A DNA stretch of 64,000 bases from IMG/VR virus record IMGVR_UViG_3300025838_000022, positions 32,001 through 96,000 of that record; one strand, 5' to 3'. Numbering within the stretch: position 1 is the stretch's first letter; each line of letters starts with the position of its first letter. Positions 9,219 through 19,648 of the stretch are shown here, in pieces. The DNA is from a virus. Lineage: Duplodnaviria; Caudoviricetes. A program made the translations under genes and the position numbers. Under the pieces are notes generated by a model. It was not told where the DNA came from, did not search any database, and saw nothing but the letters and a program-made list of their open reading frames with translations.

Positions 9219-10081
9219 TGAGAGTCCGCCCTATCCCACAATATGCTGCTGAGCCGCTTGGTATAACAACGTATATCAACGGCGGTTTGGCCGATCCTGA
9301 CAACCAATACGTATGGCTTAACATCACCAATTCTGATAGCGGCACAGTTGTATTGGCATCAGGACAAGCAACCTGGGAAGGTACGGGAACGTATCAATAC
9401 ACTACGAACTCTAGCCAGACTGCAATCCAAGGTAATTACGCAGCTACATGGAACTACACGATTAGTGGTAGCCCAAGAACATACGTAGATAGCTTTGTTA
9501 TTACTGATCAGATGCCATACTGGAGCAATCTAGACACTACTACTAGAGAACTTGTAACAGGCATTGTTCACCGTCTTGACAAGAGCTTTGACAGCACCGC
9601 CGGTGGCCCATATTTGCAAGAACTCAGCCAGAGTGGGTTCTTAATGTACGAAGAAGTTGCCATGGTTATGCAAGACGAAACCATGGACTACATCAACTTT
9701 GAGTTCCAGCCAATTTTTAGTCCAGCTTATGAAGTTGGTTTGAATGCGACTGTACCATTTCCGACTACGTATTATGGCGTTCTGGCTACACAAACGTATG
9801 CCCACTTTTTAAAGCATATTGCTCGCAATTATATTGAACAACCATCACCAACTGGCATGAATGCTGCTTGGATGGATCGCAGAGACTACTACAACCGTTG
9901 GTGGCAGTTGTATCTATTTGATAAAGAAATTGCTGACAAGCAGCTTCGTCAGATGAAGCGTCAGTACATGGTTGGATCTAAGCGAAGCCTTTTGGTCGCT
10001 GGTGGTCTTATCCCACGTATGTTCACAAACCCTGCACGCCCTCACTTCCAGTACGCTGCCGTAAACATGGGTGGAGCATAG
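9218..10081 (+). CDS. Putative head-tail adaptor (neck) protein
   Basis: Lies before the tail genes. N-terminal Ig-like half and helical C-terminal half (FDSTAGGPYL...YIEQP...DRRDY). Confidence 0.6.
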   Translation: MRVRPIPQYAAEPLGITTYINGGLADPDNQYVWLNITNSDSGTVVLASGQATWEGTGTYQYTTNSSQTAIQGNYAATWNYTISGSPRTYVDSFVITDQMPYWSNLDTTTRELVTGIVHRLDKSFDSTAGGPYLQELSQSGFLMYEEVAMVMQDETMDYINFEFQPIFSPAYEVGLNATVPFPTTYYGVLATQTYAHFLKHIARNYIEQPSPTGMNAAWMDRRDYYNRWWQLYLFDKEIADKQLRQMKRQYMVGSKRSLLVAGGLIPRMFTNPARPHFQYAAVNMGGA

Positions 10082-10082
10082 T

Positions 10083-10808
10083 GTGTCAGGTATCAACCCA
10101 CAGCCAGGCCCCGTTGTCTCAGGTAGCGGTGGCTTAAACACTCAGCTCGAGAGTCCTCTTCTTGTTGTTAAATCACGAGAGGCAATCACACAAGTAAACC
10201 AACAACGTTTTCACGATGAGACTTTGCAGTGGTTTGGTGAAGAATGCATTGTACGCTTGCTTTGGCGTGCTGAAGATGCTCAAGCGGGCCTCGTTGGGTA
10301 TTGCCAACAGTGTCAAGATAGTCCTAACCCAAGCAGTCCTGATACTTCTATCCAAAGACGTGTTAGCAATGTTTACAAGCAGACTGGTAATAGCTATTGC
10401 GGTACCTGCTACGGAACAACATTCTCTGGCGGTTTTCAACCCATTTGTTACCACATTTATATGATGGCAGCTGACACAGAAGATGATCGTAGGAACCTTA
10501 GCACTGGTCAGTTCTGGAAGCAAAACCCACGCGTCCAATTCTCATGGTTCCCACAGATTCGAGTTGGTGACCTTGTGGTGCGTGTAGAGAGCTGGAACAA
10601 TGGTTCGCCAACGTCAACCAGCGAGAGATTCCAAGTGAGTTCGGTAGCCCCACAAACCATTAGAACTGGCCCTGGTCCATCTGCTCAATACCCTTATCGT
10701 GTTGGCACGACACAACCATTCACCAATACTCAAATTATTGTTAGTCAACAAACGGTGCTCGAGAACGTTTGGCCTGGTCATCCCTACTACAACGTGCCAG
10801 TTATCTAA
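10083..10808 (+). CDS. Putative head-tail stopper or neck protein
   Basis: GTG start with a GGAG SD. CxxC...CxxCYGT motif as in neck proteins of large myoviruses. Confidence 0.6.
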   Translation: MSGINPQPGPVVSGSGGLNTQLESPLLVVKSREAITQVNQQRFHDETLQWFGEECIVRLLWRAEDAQAGLVGYCQQCQDSPNPSSPDTSIQRRVSNVYKQTGNSYCGTCYGTTFSGGFQPICYHIYMMAADTEDDRRNLSTGQFWKQNPRVQFSWFPQIRVGDLVVRVESWNNGSPTSTSERFQVSSVAPQTIRTGPGPSAQYPYRVGTTQPFTNTQIIVSQQTVLENVWPGHPYYNVPVI

Positions 10809-11329
10809 TGTTTGAAAGCATACCTGCACCAGAACAATTAACAGAACGAATTGCTAGACGTGCAGTGCAAATTGCACAGGTTATTGGTCCACGTAGAACT
10901 AGCGCGAGTTTGAACAGCCTTTTCCCTATTTCTGATAATGGCATAATTGGCTTAGAAGTACCACCAGAGACTGCATATATTTTTGATCTTGAAAATGGCG
11001 TTAAAGCACACGCTATGATGGATTTAGCTGGTAGAGTAATTCCTATCAGAAAAACGGATGGAACAATAGCATTTAGAACAGCTAGTGCTGACAAAATTGG
11101 TACTATACCAATTATTAATAGAAATTTTAAAGACGGTAAAATTCAAACCGTAAAGCGTGAATGGTATTACCCAGAAAAACCAGGACTTCATTTTCTACAA
11201 AAATCATTGAAAATGAGCGTTGATGAATGGAAAAGAACAGCAAACACTAACGATATTGTCAATATGCTTATACAAACAGAGTATAAAGATGATATTAGTC
11301 AAATAGTATATGGAAGACCTGCTATCTAA
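10808..11329 (+). CDS. Putative tail completion or neck protein
   Basis: TAATG-coupled start (MFESIPAP...). W.YPEKPG.HFL motif and gene position. Confidence 0.55.
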   Translation: MFESIPAPEQLTERIARRAVQIAQVIGPRRTSASLNSLFPISDNGIIGLEVPPETAYIFDLENGVKAHAMMDLAGRVIPIRKTDGTIAFRTASADKIGTIPIINRNFKDGKIQTVKREWYYPEKPGLHFLQKSLKMSVDEWKRTANTNDIVNMLIQTEYKDDISQIVYGRPAI

Positions 11330-12006
11330 TGTTTACAACAGCCGTTAAAACAACAATTGTAGAAGCATTAAATGCTGGATTCAACGTGCTCAATTCTGGA
11401 ACGCCTAGTGATACTGGTTTGGATCTCACCCCTAACAGCATTACTATCGAGTATCCACTCGAGCCAGTGCAATGGCCAGCAATTTTTGTACAGTTTAGAC
11501 CAAGCAAGATCCAATGGTCCGGTATTAACCCAGATACATATGCGATTTCTACATCAGGCATTACCATCAGCGGAGTAACCTACTCGGGTCTTTCTGCTGA
11601 TAGAACTGGTTATTTTGAAGGTAGTATTGACTTACAAATCATGGCAATGCACTCTGAAGAGCGTGACCGGCTTTATGACAGCGTTACAAACATGATACTT
11701 ATGGACAATATTAGCGCAGCTAGCACTGCTTTTGTCCAAAGTATTTACAACAATTCCCTGGTTGGTCTGACACTGCTCTTGGATAGCTTTACCCCACTAG
11801 GAGACAGTGTAAGCCCAGGAACTCCATGGAGCCCAGAAGAACTTACTTATGAGGCAAGCGTAAGAATCCGTTGTATTGGCGACTTCTACGAGACCAAGTA
11901 TGACGTTCTTTACCCCGCAATTACCAGCGTTACCGCTTCGGGGCAGATGGTACCAACATACCTTACTCTCTCTGGTTATATTAACCAGAATCTTTACGGG
12001 TTTTAA
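11329..12006 (+). CDS. Putative tail terminator protein
   Basis: Directly upstream of the sheath gene. EYP...WPAIFV...ERDRLYD pattern. Confidence 0.6.
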   Translation: MFTTAVKTTIVEALNAGFNVLNSGTPSDTGLDLTPNSITIEYPLEPVQWPAIFVQFRPSKIQWSGINPDTYAISTSGITISGVTYSGLSADRTGYFEGSIDLQIMAMHSEERDRLYDSVTNMILMDNISAASTAFVQSIYNNSLVGLTLLLDSFTPLGDSVSPGTPWSPEELTYEASVRIRCIGDFYETKYDVLYPAITSVTASGQMVPTYLTLSGYINQNLYGF

Positions 12007-12031
12007 TCCTAATATTTTGTAAAAGAAACAT

Positions 12032-12061
12032 TGTAAAACAGCAATTAATTTGCACAAGGCA
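12032..12061 (+). promoter_or_regulatory. Candidate late promoter upstream of sheath
   Basis: TGTAAAAC...TTTGC-ACA-AGGCA, same spacing as 7737 and 24053. Confidence 0.45.
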
Positions 12062-12075
12062 TTGAAGGAGAATGT

Positions 12076-13653
12076 ATGCCTAGTCCCATTTCAAACTACT
12101 CGATCCCGGGTGTTTATGTTACGCAGTCTGGATCACAGCTAACATCTATTGCTCCAACTGGTCTTAACATTGCCATTGTTGCCGACGATGTCGTTCCAGG
12201 TTACAACACCGACACGTTCTATAACGTTGTTGCAATCAGTGGTATTACCATTGGTCAGCTCAGCGTGCCAATGGTTAACAACAGCTCGACTGGTACTTAC
12301 ACGTCATATTCTGGTTACACAGTTACCTGGGTCAGTGGTACCACAGTTGTTACAGGTACGTATGGTGTGAACTTTAACATTGTTCCTGGAACAACTACCA
12401 ACTCATTCAGTTACATTACAACAAGTGGTGTGACAGCATCATCTGCTCAGGCCCTTCCAAGCGGTACCGTGCAGGTTACTTACGGTCACAACTGGGGTGC
12501 TTACGGTACGTTCTACAACTACAACTCAGCTGCTAACCAAATTGGTACTTCTATCAGCGGTTCAACCATTACGCACCCTTCGCTGCTCGCTACGCAACTT
12601 GCATTCTCCAACGGTGCAGGTAGTGTAACCATTCTTCCAGTCGCAAGACTTGCAACGCTCGGTAGCGGTTCTGCAACCGTTAACGACTGGACAAACACAT
12701 TCACAACAAGCGGTACTGGTAGCAACCCAGTTTACGCATCAACGCTTCCAAACATTGACGTAATTGTTCCGCTTTATGGCCACGTGTACACCAGCGGTAA
12801 CACATATGGCCAGGTGATCCCTTACGGTACAAATACGGTTGCCGGTGCAATTGTTTCTTACCTCGCAACCCAATCTGGCGCTGGTGTGTTCCAACGCGCC
12901 TTCTTTGGTATTGATGGTACAACCAACCAAGTTAACGCTAGCCAAATGCAGGTTTTTGCTAGTGGTATTGGTTCTAGCACAGCCGGTAACAGAATTAGTG
13001 TTCTTTACCCACCACAGGTAAACTACAACCCAGGCTTGAGCACATCAACTGGTCTTACCAATAACAACTTTAACATCCCTGGTTATTACGTTGCTGCTGC
13101 TGTTGCCGGTACTTTTGTTGGTCAAACAAATGTAGCAACTCCAATTACCAATAAAATTATTAATGGGTTTAACTACACTCCAAGTCAAATCTCTTTGATT
13201 GATGCACAGACAAATTACCTGCCTTATGGTATTACAACTATTTTCCAAAAGAGAGACGGAAACTTCTGGATCCTCCAGGGTTTGACAACAAACACAACCA
13301 ACTGGTTGACGCAGGAAATTTCGATTCAAGCAATTGGTGACGCTCTTGCCAACCAGATTAGAACTGCGCTGCAGAACACAAACCTTATTGGTGGTCCGTT
13401 GACGCAGAACACAGCCGGTGCTGCATTGGGCGAAGTCCAGGCACAACTTACCTTGGCAGTGGCAAATGGTTTGATTCAGAGTTACCAGAACCTGTCTTAC
13501 ACGCTTAACCCAGCCACACCAACGACAGTTAACATCTCGTTCCAGTACGCTCCAACGTATCCATTGAACTACCTCCAGGTGGTTTTGAGCCTCAATACTC
13601 AGACTGGTACCGTACTGACCGTTAACCAACAAACCAACCAGGCAACTTACTAG
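12076..13653 (+). CDS. Contractile tail sheath protein
   Basis: N-terminal Y.IPGVY, LAFSNGA, and a C-terminal sheath domain (QGLTT...EISI...YAPTYPLNY). Confidence 0.85.
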   Translation: MPSPISNYSIPGVYVTQSGSQLTSIAPTGLNIAIVADDVVPGYNTDTFYNVVAISGITIGQLSVPMVNNSSTGTYTSYSGYTVTWVSGTTVVTGTYGVNFNIVPGTTTNSFSYITTSGVTASSAQALPSGTVQVTYGHNWGAYGTFYNYNSAANQIGTSISGSTITHPSLLATQLAFSNGAGSVTILPVARLATLGSGSATVNDWTNTFTTSGTGSNPVYASTLPNIDVIVPLYGHVYTSGNTYGQVIPYGTNTVAGAIVSYLATQSGAGVFQRAFFGIDGTTNQVNASQMQVFASGIGSSTAGNRISVLYPPQVNYNPGLSTSTGLTNNNFNIPGYYVAAAVAGTFVGQTNVATPITNKIINGFNYTPSQISLIDAQTNYLPYGITTIFQKRDGNFWILQGLTTNTTNWLTQEISIQAIGDALANQIRTALQNTNLIGGPLTQNTAGAALGEVQAQLTLAVANGLIQSYQNLSYTLNPATPTTVNISFQYAPTYPLNYLQVVLSLNTQTGTVLTVNQQTNQATY

Positions 13654-13662
13654 GAGTAACTT

Positions 13663-14136
13663 ATGGCAAGTTCAAAGTTTCGCGTATTAGGTCACTATAC
13701 GTCATTCATGTACCGAGGCAAAGTTCTCAACTATGCTCAGGTTATCAACGAAGTTGGTCCTCAGCCTGTCGCAAACGTGCAGGTTATCCAGCCCCTCGAC
13801 TCAGCCTACCCAATTGAAATTGCTCTCCCGGGTGCTTTGCAAGCTGGTCGTCTCGAAATTACATTCTTGGAACAATGGAATGCAGAAGTCTGGTCACAGC
13901 TTGGTGGAGAATTCACCACTGCATCTGACTTGCTCGACGTTTTCAAGGCACAGCTGGCTCAGGGCGAAGTCCAGTGTGTAAAGATCATCAATAAGCCTGA
14001 TGGAACTCAACGCAGAATTGTGTACCAGGGCTGTGTCGTAACTAACGTCACCATTGATGAAACTGTCCAGATTGGCTCAATGACAATCCCTAAGACTATC
14101 CAGATTATGTATCGTTCTAGAAAAGAACTCCTGTAG
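13663..14136 (+). CDS. Tail tube protein
   Basis: 157 aa after the sheath gene, with IQPLD..YPIEI and YQGCVV patterns. Confidence 0.75.
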   Translation: MASSKFRVLGHYTSFMYRGKVLNYAQVINEVGPQPVANVQVIQPLDSAYPIEIALPGALQAGRLEITFLEQWNAEVWSQLGGEFTTASDLLDVFKAQLAQGEVQCVKIINKPDGTQRRIVYQGCVVTNVTIDETVQIGSMTIPKTIQIMYRSRKELL

Positions 14137-14149
14137 GAAAGGTAATAAA

Positions 14150-15163
14150 ATGTCCGTACGTTCATACGTTATTCAATTGCAAGCAGGAGTTGGCCAGGCC
14201 CTTCTTCCTGACCACCGTAAGATGCTTCCTGGCGTTCAGTACGTCGTGGATGCTGACACGTTCTCGAGAATCAGTCTCGGTGCTCGCCAGAACGTTATCA
14301 AGGTTGTTTCTGTAAACACAGACAACACGTCTACTAGTGGTACGTTCTACCCAGCACAGACTTCGACTGGTTACAACCTCCAAGCACTTGGTGGTGTTAG
14401 CTTCCAGAACATCTTGTCACAGACAAGCTCTACTCTCAGCGGTATTGCTGGTTCGTTCAGCATTGCTGGTTTTGCTGCACAAGGTGCTTCTGCCGGTGGT
14501 GGTGCTGGTGCCGGTGCTGGTATCGGTTTGCCAAACGCAGTGCTTAGCGGTTCTGCCAACAACTACACGTTGACTGGTCCTGACGGTGCTCGTTATGCAC
14601 TCGTTTACAACGAAACAGGTGCCACCATTTCCGGTGGTTGGTCGACTGTTTGGACAGACTACAACAACCGTTTCGTTGGTGTTGCTGCCTCTGGTGCTGC
14701 TCTGGTTGTTAAGCAAGATGGTTTGGGCACGTCTTACGTGATCAGCTCGAATGTTTCTTACTCCGGTTCAGCTACCAACAACAATGGTACTGTGACTTCT
14801 ATCGGTACTAAGGCCGGTGAATTCGCTGGCATTACTCTTGTCAACCTGCCAGCTAACAACTTTGGATTCATCCAGATTGATGGTATCCACCCCAACGCTG
14901 CCGTTGCTTCCGGTACTCCAGTTGGTACAGCTGTTGGTCTTGTTAGCACCAACACTAACGGTACTCTGGCTGCTCCTACCAATACTACACCATCGGTTTC
15001 CAGCACCCTGGTTGTTTCCGGTACTGCTCTGGCTAACAACATTGCCGGTACAGTCCTTACAACCCCTGCTTCCGGTACTGGTACTGGTCAGTTCTTTGCA
15101 CAGGTTGAGCTCCGTAGCCGCCGCGTCAAGAAGCCTTACGTTCGCTTCCTGAATAAGAACTAG
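14150..15163 (+). CDS. Putative high-copy virion decoration protein
   Basis: 337 aa, S/G/T/A-rich, capsid-like codon bias. C-terminal NNFGFIQIDG segment resembles cement/decoration proteins. Confidence 0.55.
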   Translation: MSVRSYVIQLQAGVGQALLPDHRKMLPGVQYVVDADTFSRISLGARQNVIKVVSVNTDNTSTSGTFYPAQTSTGYNLQALGGVSFQNILSQTSSTLSGIAGSFSIAGFAAQGASAGGGAGAGAGIGLPNAVLSGSANNYTLTGPDGARYALVYNETGATISGGWSTVWTDYNNRFVGVAASGAALVVKQDGLGTSYVISSNVSYSGSATNNNGTVTSIGTKAGEFAGITLVNLPANNFGFIQIDGIHPNAAVASGTPVGTAVGLVSTNTNGTLAAPTNTTPSVSSTLVVSGTALANNIAGTVLTTPASGTGTGQFFAQVELRSRRVKKPYVRFLNKN

Positions 15164-15221
15164 AAATTTAATAAATGTTCTGGTAGGCTGTTGACAAAAT
15201 AGCCCTAGACCTGAAGGTAAC

Positions 15222-15734
15222 ATGACAAACGTTAATAACGAGTTCGACAGCAGTAAAAATGTTGAGACTTTTCCGGACGAGTGGAAGGACGAATTCGAGG
15301 GTCTCTTGTTTGTAGGATATCTACAGCGAGAGATCACTCGAATTCCCTTCCACAAGTTCGTTGTTAGGACTCTAACAATCAATGACAAGTTAGAGATCAG
15401 CCTCTTGACTAAGCCTTACCTCGAGAGTGTTGGCTATGGTCGTGCTTATAAGGCGGCAGTGGTTGCTGCGGGTCTTGTAAGCGTTGATGGTAGAGAACTA
15501 GTACCTAGTAACAAAAACATTAACGTTATTAAGCAAAAGTATGATTATGTAGTCAACAACTGGTATGACACTACCGTTGAGTTGCTTTACAACGAGATTG
15601 AAGCACTTGAAAATAGAGTAATTATTGTACTCCAAGAGTTGGGCATTATTAGCCCAGTAGTTCCAATGAGCATCTTTGAAGATGAAGATGAGGAAATTGA
15701 TATCCCAAAAGATGGGAATCAGACCCTTACGTAG
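15222..15734 (+). CDS. Tail assembly chaperone (G-like)
   Basis: Upstream of the tape measure gene. Carries slippery C CCA AAA at 15704-15710. Confidence 0.8.
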   Translation: MTNVNNEFDSSKNVETFPDEWKDEFEGLLFVGYLQREITRIPFHKFVVRTLTINDKLEISLLTKPYLESVGYGRAYKAAVVAAGLVSVDGRELVPSNKNINVIKQKYDYVVNNWYDTTVELLYNEIEALENRVIIVLQELGIISPVVPMSIFEDEDEEIDIPKDGNQTLT

Positions 15735-16135
15735 TTGAAAAAAGTGAGATTGCCTATGTAACTGGTGTTCTTACTAAACCTGATCTAAATGTTGTGCAAG
15801 AGAAAATTCTCATAACAGTTATTGCACGTAAAAAGAATCAGGAAGCAGATCTAGAGTTAATGCGTTTTGAAAATGCCATGTTGATCAATAACCCTGGCAT
15901 GTATCAAGAGTATATTCGTAATAAGGAAAGTGCTCCTGAAAACGAAGGTGCTGAGTGGAAGGCTCCAGAGACTGCCGAGGAAGCTGCAATACTTCAGAAG
16001 ATGTTTGAAGAAGCCAGCGAATTGGCTAATCAAGCTAATGATGAAAAAGCTGCCAACGAAGATTTTATCAGGCAAGTAGAAGAAATGAATTTGTTTAACG
16101 GTATTGACATAGATCAACTTGGAGGTGATGAATAA
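15704..16135 (+). CDS. Tail assembly chaperone, -1 frameshift extension (GT-like)
   Basis: The -1 frame is open from the heptamer (PKRWESDPYVVEKSEI...) into the 15794..16135 ORF, which has no SD of its own. Confidence 0.8.
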   Translation, partial: PKRWESDPYVVEKSEIAYVTGVLTKPDLNVVQEKILITVIARKKNQEADLELMRFENAMLINNPGMYQEYIRNKESAPENEGAEWKAPETAEEAAILQKMFEEASELANQANDEKAANEDFIRQVEEMNLFNGIDIDQLGGDE

Positions 16136-18849
16136 TGGCACAAAATGATGATTCACTCCAAGTAAATTTAGAATTTACTGACAATACCGCACCACTTATT
16201 CAAGGTATGAGCGCCGCCGCTAGCGTGGCTGGCGAAATGCGTTCCGATATGGAAGCCATCGAGCAGGCCATGGGTAGCATTGCTGATCGTGCGGACGCAA
16301 TGCGAGCAGCTTACCAAGAAAACAGCGAGCTTATTAGCAATATGAAGCAGCTCTTGGAAACAATTGCTAGCATCAACGCAACAAACCAAACAAGCCTTAG
16401 TCAAAATATCCAGCAGATTAACGAAATGCTTCTTCAGACAAGAGGTCTTGGGGGTAACGTCGGCCATGTTATGACCATGCTTGGTATGGCGGGATCTCCT
16501 GGTGTTGGTAGCGTCAATGGTTATTCATACAATAGTAACCAGAGCACCTCTAGTCAGGACTTTAGTGGGTATGTAGGAAGTAGCTACATTAGCACTGGTG
16601 ATTCAACGAGCCCAACTGCCACTCTTGGCGACTGGTTTAAGGGTATTCGTGCTGTTAAGCGTGCTATAAAAAATCCTACTGGCACTGTTGAAGACAATAG
16701 TGCCACAAGAGCAATCCCATTGCCAACAGCCGGTAGTGGTGGAGGCTCAAGGAAACCACCAAGGGTATTAACAACTGGCGGCCCTTCTGGCCCCATGGAC
16801 GATGAGCCAAGGATTAATGATCCTGACTTTAATGAAAATTGGATCGGTGTAGATTTACCAGAAGGTGATTACATTGAACCAGAAGGTGTTTCTAGTCTAT
16901 ATACAGACCAGTTAAAAAACCGTTGGAATAAACTCAATTTGCCATTGGATGCCTCTGATCCAGCATTGATTGCCTATAAAAAAATGAATAGGACTGTCAA
17001 AAATGCTATGGGTCAAGGCCCATTGGGTAAAAAACTTTATAAGAGATGGCAAAAACATCTTGTAAATTCCGGCATCACACCAGAAGCTCTTAGAGAAGCA
17101 ACAGCTTCAATGGGTGCCCCTGAATATACTCAAATAACAGATGAGTATGGCGATTTCATTGATCAAAAGATCAGAACAACACCAGTCCCTGAAGACGTAC
17201 AAGCCCAAACTCTGGACACTGCTAACCAAGTTGCCCGTATTTTTAGTAGTGGTTTGTATGAGTCTCTCGCTAAATTTACTGGTCTTGCTACTGCTGTTAA
17301 AAACGCTGGCGGTGCGATTGGTGACGTTTACTCTGCTGCACAAGGGCAAATGGGTCAGATCAGACAACTTACCAATGCTACTTATATGCAAAATGGAGCA
17401 TTTGGTGAAGTTGACTACGGTCGTACTTTGAACCTGGGTGTCCAATCGTGGATGAAGTCGTGGGGTGGTTTAAACCCATTTTATAATCAAGCACAAGTGC
17501 AATCAGCACAAATGGGTGCAGCCGCTCTTGGTCTAAGAGGCGGTGCCCTTAATGGTTATGTAGACACATCTTTGGATATTGCTCTCCGTCGTTGGGGTAT
17601 GACGCAGGACCAGTTTAATCAGTTCTCAGCACAAGCAATGGGTGCTGGTTATATGACTAACAACTATAACCAATACATGCAGCAATACAATGCTGCCAGA
17701 GACTATGCCAATGGCAATAACAATACATCTCTAGGCTATGCAAACTACGCGTTTAACCAGGGCGCAAACTCTGCTGCTGCTATGGGTATGGGCAATGGTT
17801 ACGCTGCTGCTCGTCAAGGCTACCTCGCAATGCAGTTCGGTGCTGGTAACTATGTTGCTCAAGCTGCTGGTATGACGGGGAATGAACTACAAGGATCAAT
17901 GCTTGGCAATGTTCTTCTTGCACAGAATCTTGGTGTAAGCGTTATGGGCCTTTATGGCAAAGAATTGCAGCTTGGTAAGCAAGGTGGTGCTGGTGCACAA
18001 ACCCAAGCAATGGCGCAAAATGCCAGCAATGAGCAGATCCTTACTTGGGCTGGCATCGATATTAAATCCCAATACAAAAGTCATAGTGATTTTAGTACAA
18101 AGAATGCAAACGCCATTGAACGATTGAATTTTATGTTGAATTCTGGGCAGTTGCCTGCTGCTCTGAGCAAGTACGGTGCAAGCTTCCAGCAAACAGATAC
18201 CTGGGCATGGAGCGTTGTTCAACAACACCAACGTCTTACTCACCCTGGACAAAGTGGCGGTCTTTTGGGCCACATCTTTGGTACAGACCTTGGCCACGCT
18301 TTGAGCAACATTGGTCACGCTGCTGCAGGAGTGCTAGACATACCAAGTGCAGTAATTGGTAAAGTCTACACTGGTGCATCAGATGCAGTAATTGGTATTG
18401 GTGGTGCTTTAGCTGGTCAATCTTTGGCTGAAATTAAGAGTGAACAAAACACTTGGCACCATTACACATGGCAAGATGTTGGAAGTAAAGCGCTGGGTGT
18501 TGGTCATGACTTAATTAATGCTGAACAAGCTGTCAATAGAGACTGGGGTGGTGACGTTAAGAATTGGACTAGAAACGTTGTATCCCAAGGCATCCCAACA
18601 CTTGAGACCGGTGGGGCTAATGTTCTCGCTTCATATGCCACTGGTAGAGATGTTTTAGGTGGTGGAACTTTTGCAAGTCACATACCAGGTTATGGCGGAT
18701 CTGGTGGATCACAACAGTCTATTGAAGTAAATATTCACCCGAATGCTAAACATTTGATTACTGCAGCAGTTAAGTCGGCAACAAATGGGTTTAACAATGG
18801 TCAAGTACCATTGAATAGACAACCTGGTATAAATAGTATAATGGGTTAA
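16135..18849 (+). CDS. Tape measure protein
   Basis: 904 aa, helical, rich in A/G/Q/M, follows the chaperone pair. Confidence 0.8.
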   Translation: MAQNDDSLQVNLEFTDNTAPLIQGMSAAASVAGEMRSDMEAIEQAMGSIADRADAMRAAYQENSELISNMKQLLETIASINATNQTSLSQNIQQINEMLLQTRGLGGNVGHVMTMLGMAGSPGVGSVNGYSYNSNQSTSSQDFSGYVGSSYISTGDSTSPTATLGDWFKGIRAVKRAIKNPTGTVEDNSATRAIPLPTAGSGGGSRKPPRVLTTGGPSGPMDDEPRINDPDFNENWIGVDLPEGDYIEPEGVSSLYTDQLKNRWNKLNLPLDASDPALIAYKKMNRTVKNAMGQGPLGKKLYKRWQKHLVNSGITPEALREATASMGAPEYTQITDEYGDFIDQKIRTTPVPEDVQAQTLDTANQVARIFSSGLYESLAKFTGLATAVKNAGGAIGDVYSAAQGQMGQIRQLTNATYMQNGAFGEVDYGRTLNLGVQSWMKSWGGLNPFYNQAQVQSAQMGAAALGLRGGALNGYVDTSLDIALRRWGMTQDQFNQFSAQAMGAGYMTNNYNQYMQQYNAARDYANGNNNTSLGYANYAFNQGANSAAAMGMGNGYAAARQGYLAMQFGAGNYVAQAAGMTGNELQGSMLGNVLLAQNLGVSVMGLYGKELQLGKQGGAGAQTQAMAQNASNEQILTWAGIDIKSQYKSHSDFSTKNANAIERLNFMLNSGQLPAALSKYGASFQQTDTWAWSVVQQHQRLTHPGQSGGLLGHIFGTDLGHALSNIGHAAAGVLDIPSAVIGKVYTGASDAVIGIGGALAGQSLAEIKSEQNTWHHYTWQDVGSKALGVGHDLINAEQAVNRDWGGDVKNWTRNVVSQGIPTLETGGANVLASYATGRDVLGGGTFASHIPGYGGSGGSQQSIEVNIHPNAKHLITAAVKSATNGFNNGQVPLNRQPGINSIMG

Positions 18850-18851
18850 CC

Positions 18852-19451
18852 ATGACACAGTTATTTATCAACAGTCAAGAAGTAGCAACGTTAACAGACA
18901 GAGTTGCTCAAAAAACATATAGCTTCCCGTTCAATATTAATACAATGAACTGGAACTATGAGCTAAACACTCAAAGCTTTAGTACAATTGGTGGCCGAGT
19001 CACCCAACTTTTGTCAACAAAGATCACAACACTTGTTATCCAAGGAGACGCTGGTAGTAGATACAATCTCCTGCAGCTTTGGGAAAACTACAAGTCGATC
19101 CAGGATGGTCAAACCCAGCACAAAATATCAGCAATTTTTTCTGTGCCAAGCCAACCTGGTCTAGGGTTCTATGTTTGGTTGGAAAACTTCCAAATGGGGT
19201 TCGGCACCACCACAGTTTCTTATGAATACACATTGTATATGGAAGTACAAATAGACGTTGGCCTTCTTGCCACCAACGCTTCAACAGCAGATGCATTAAG
19301 TAGGATTGTTAATAACAATGGTGGAGAGATCGGGTTCAGCAGTCAGTTCACCGGCCTAGACACATCTCTTGTAAACCTTCAATTCAAAGACGTTGAAAGC
19401 GCACTCAGCACGGGTGCAATTTATGGTACGACCAGCACAACACCGAGGTAA
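18852..19451 (+). CDS. Baseplate or tube-initiator-type protein
   Basis: Follows the tape measure gene. TIGGRVTQLLS motif. Confidence 0.55.
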   Translation: MTQLFINSQEVATLTDRVAQKTYSFPFNINTMNWNYELNTQSFSTIGGRVTQLLSTKITTLVIQGDAGSRYNLLQLWENYKSIQDGQTQHKISAIFSVPSQPGLGFYVWLENFQMGFGTTTVSYEYTLYMEVQIDVGLLATNASTADALSRIVNNNGGEIGFSSQFTGLDTSLVNLQFKDVESALSTGAIYGTTSTTPR

Positions 19452-19453
19452 TA

Positions 19454-19648
19454 ATGCAAAACGATATTAACTCAAACAAAATTAGTACTAATTACTCTAA
19501 CTGCAGAATATCAGGGCCCATTTTGCACCCAGATAAACAAGACATTGTGATGAATGGTTTTGCCTGGAGTAGTTCTCTTGGTATGATCCATCAGGTTTCA
19601 CCTATTTCTGACGGGAGTTTGCAGCAATGGCTGGGAACGCAACAGTAA
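19454..19648 (+). CDS. Small hypothetical protein
   Basis: 64 aa with a GAGG SD, fills the gap between genes. Confidence 0.5.
   Translation: MQNDINSNKISTNYSNCRISGPILHPDKQDIVMNGFAWSSSLGMIHQVSPISDGSLQQWLGTQQ

Noticed and set aside
15189-15219. Promoter upstream of the tail chaperone (TTGACA, or TGTT...AGGTA)
   Set aside because: No -10 at SigA spacing and only a partial match to the candidate late motif. Too weak to call.
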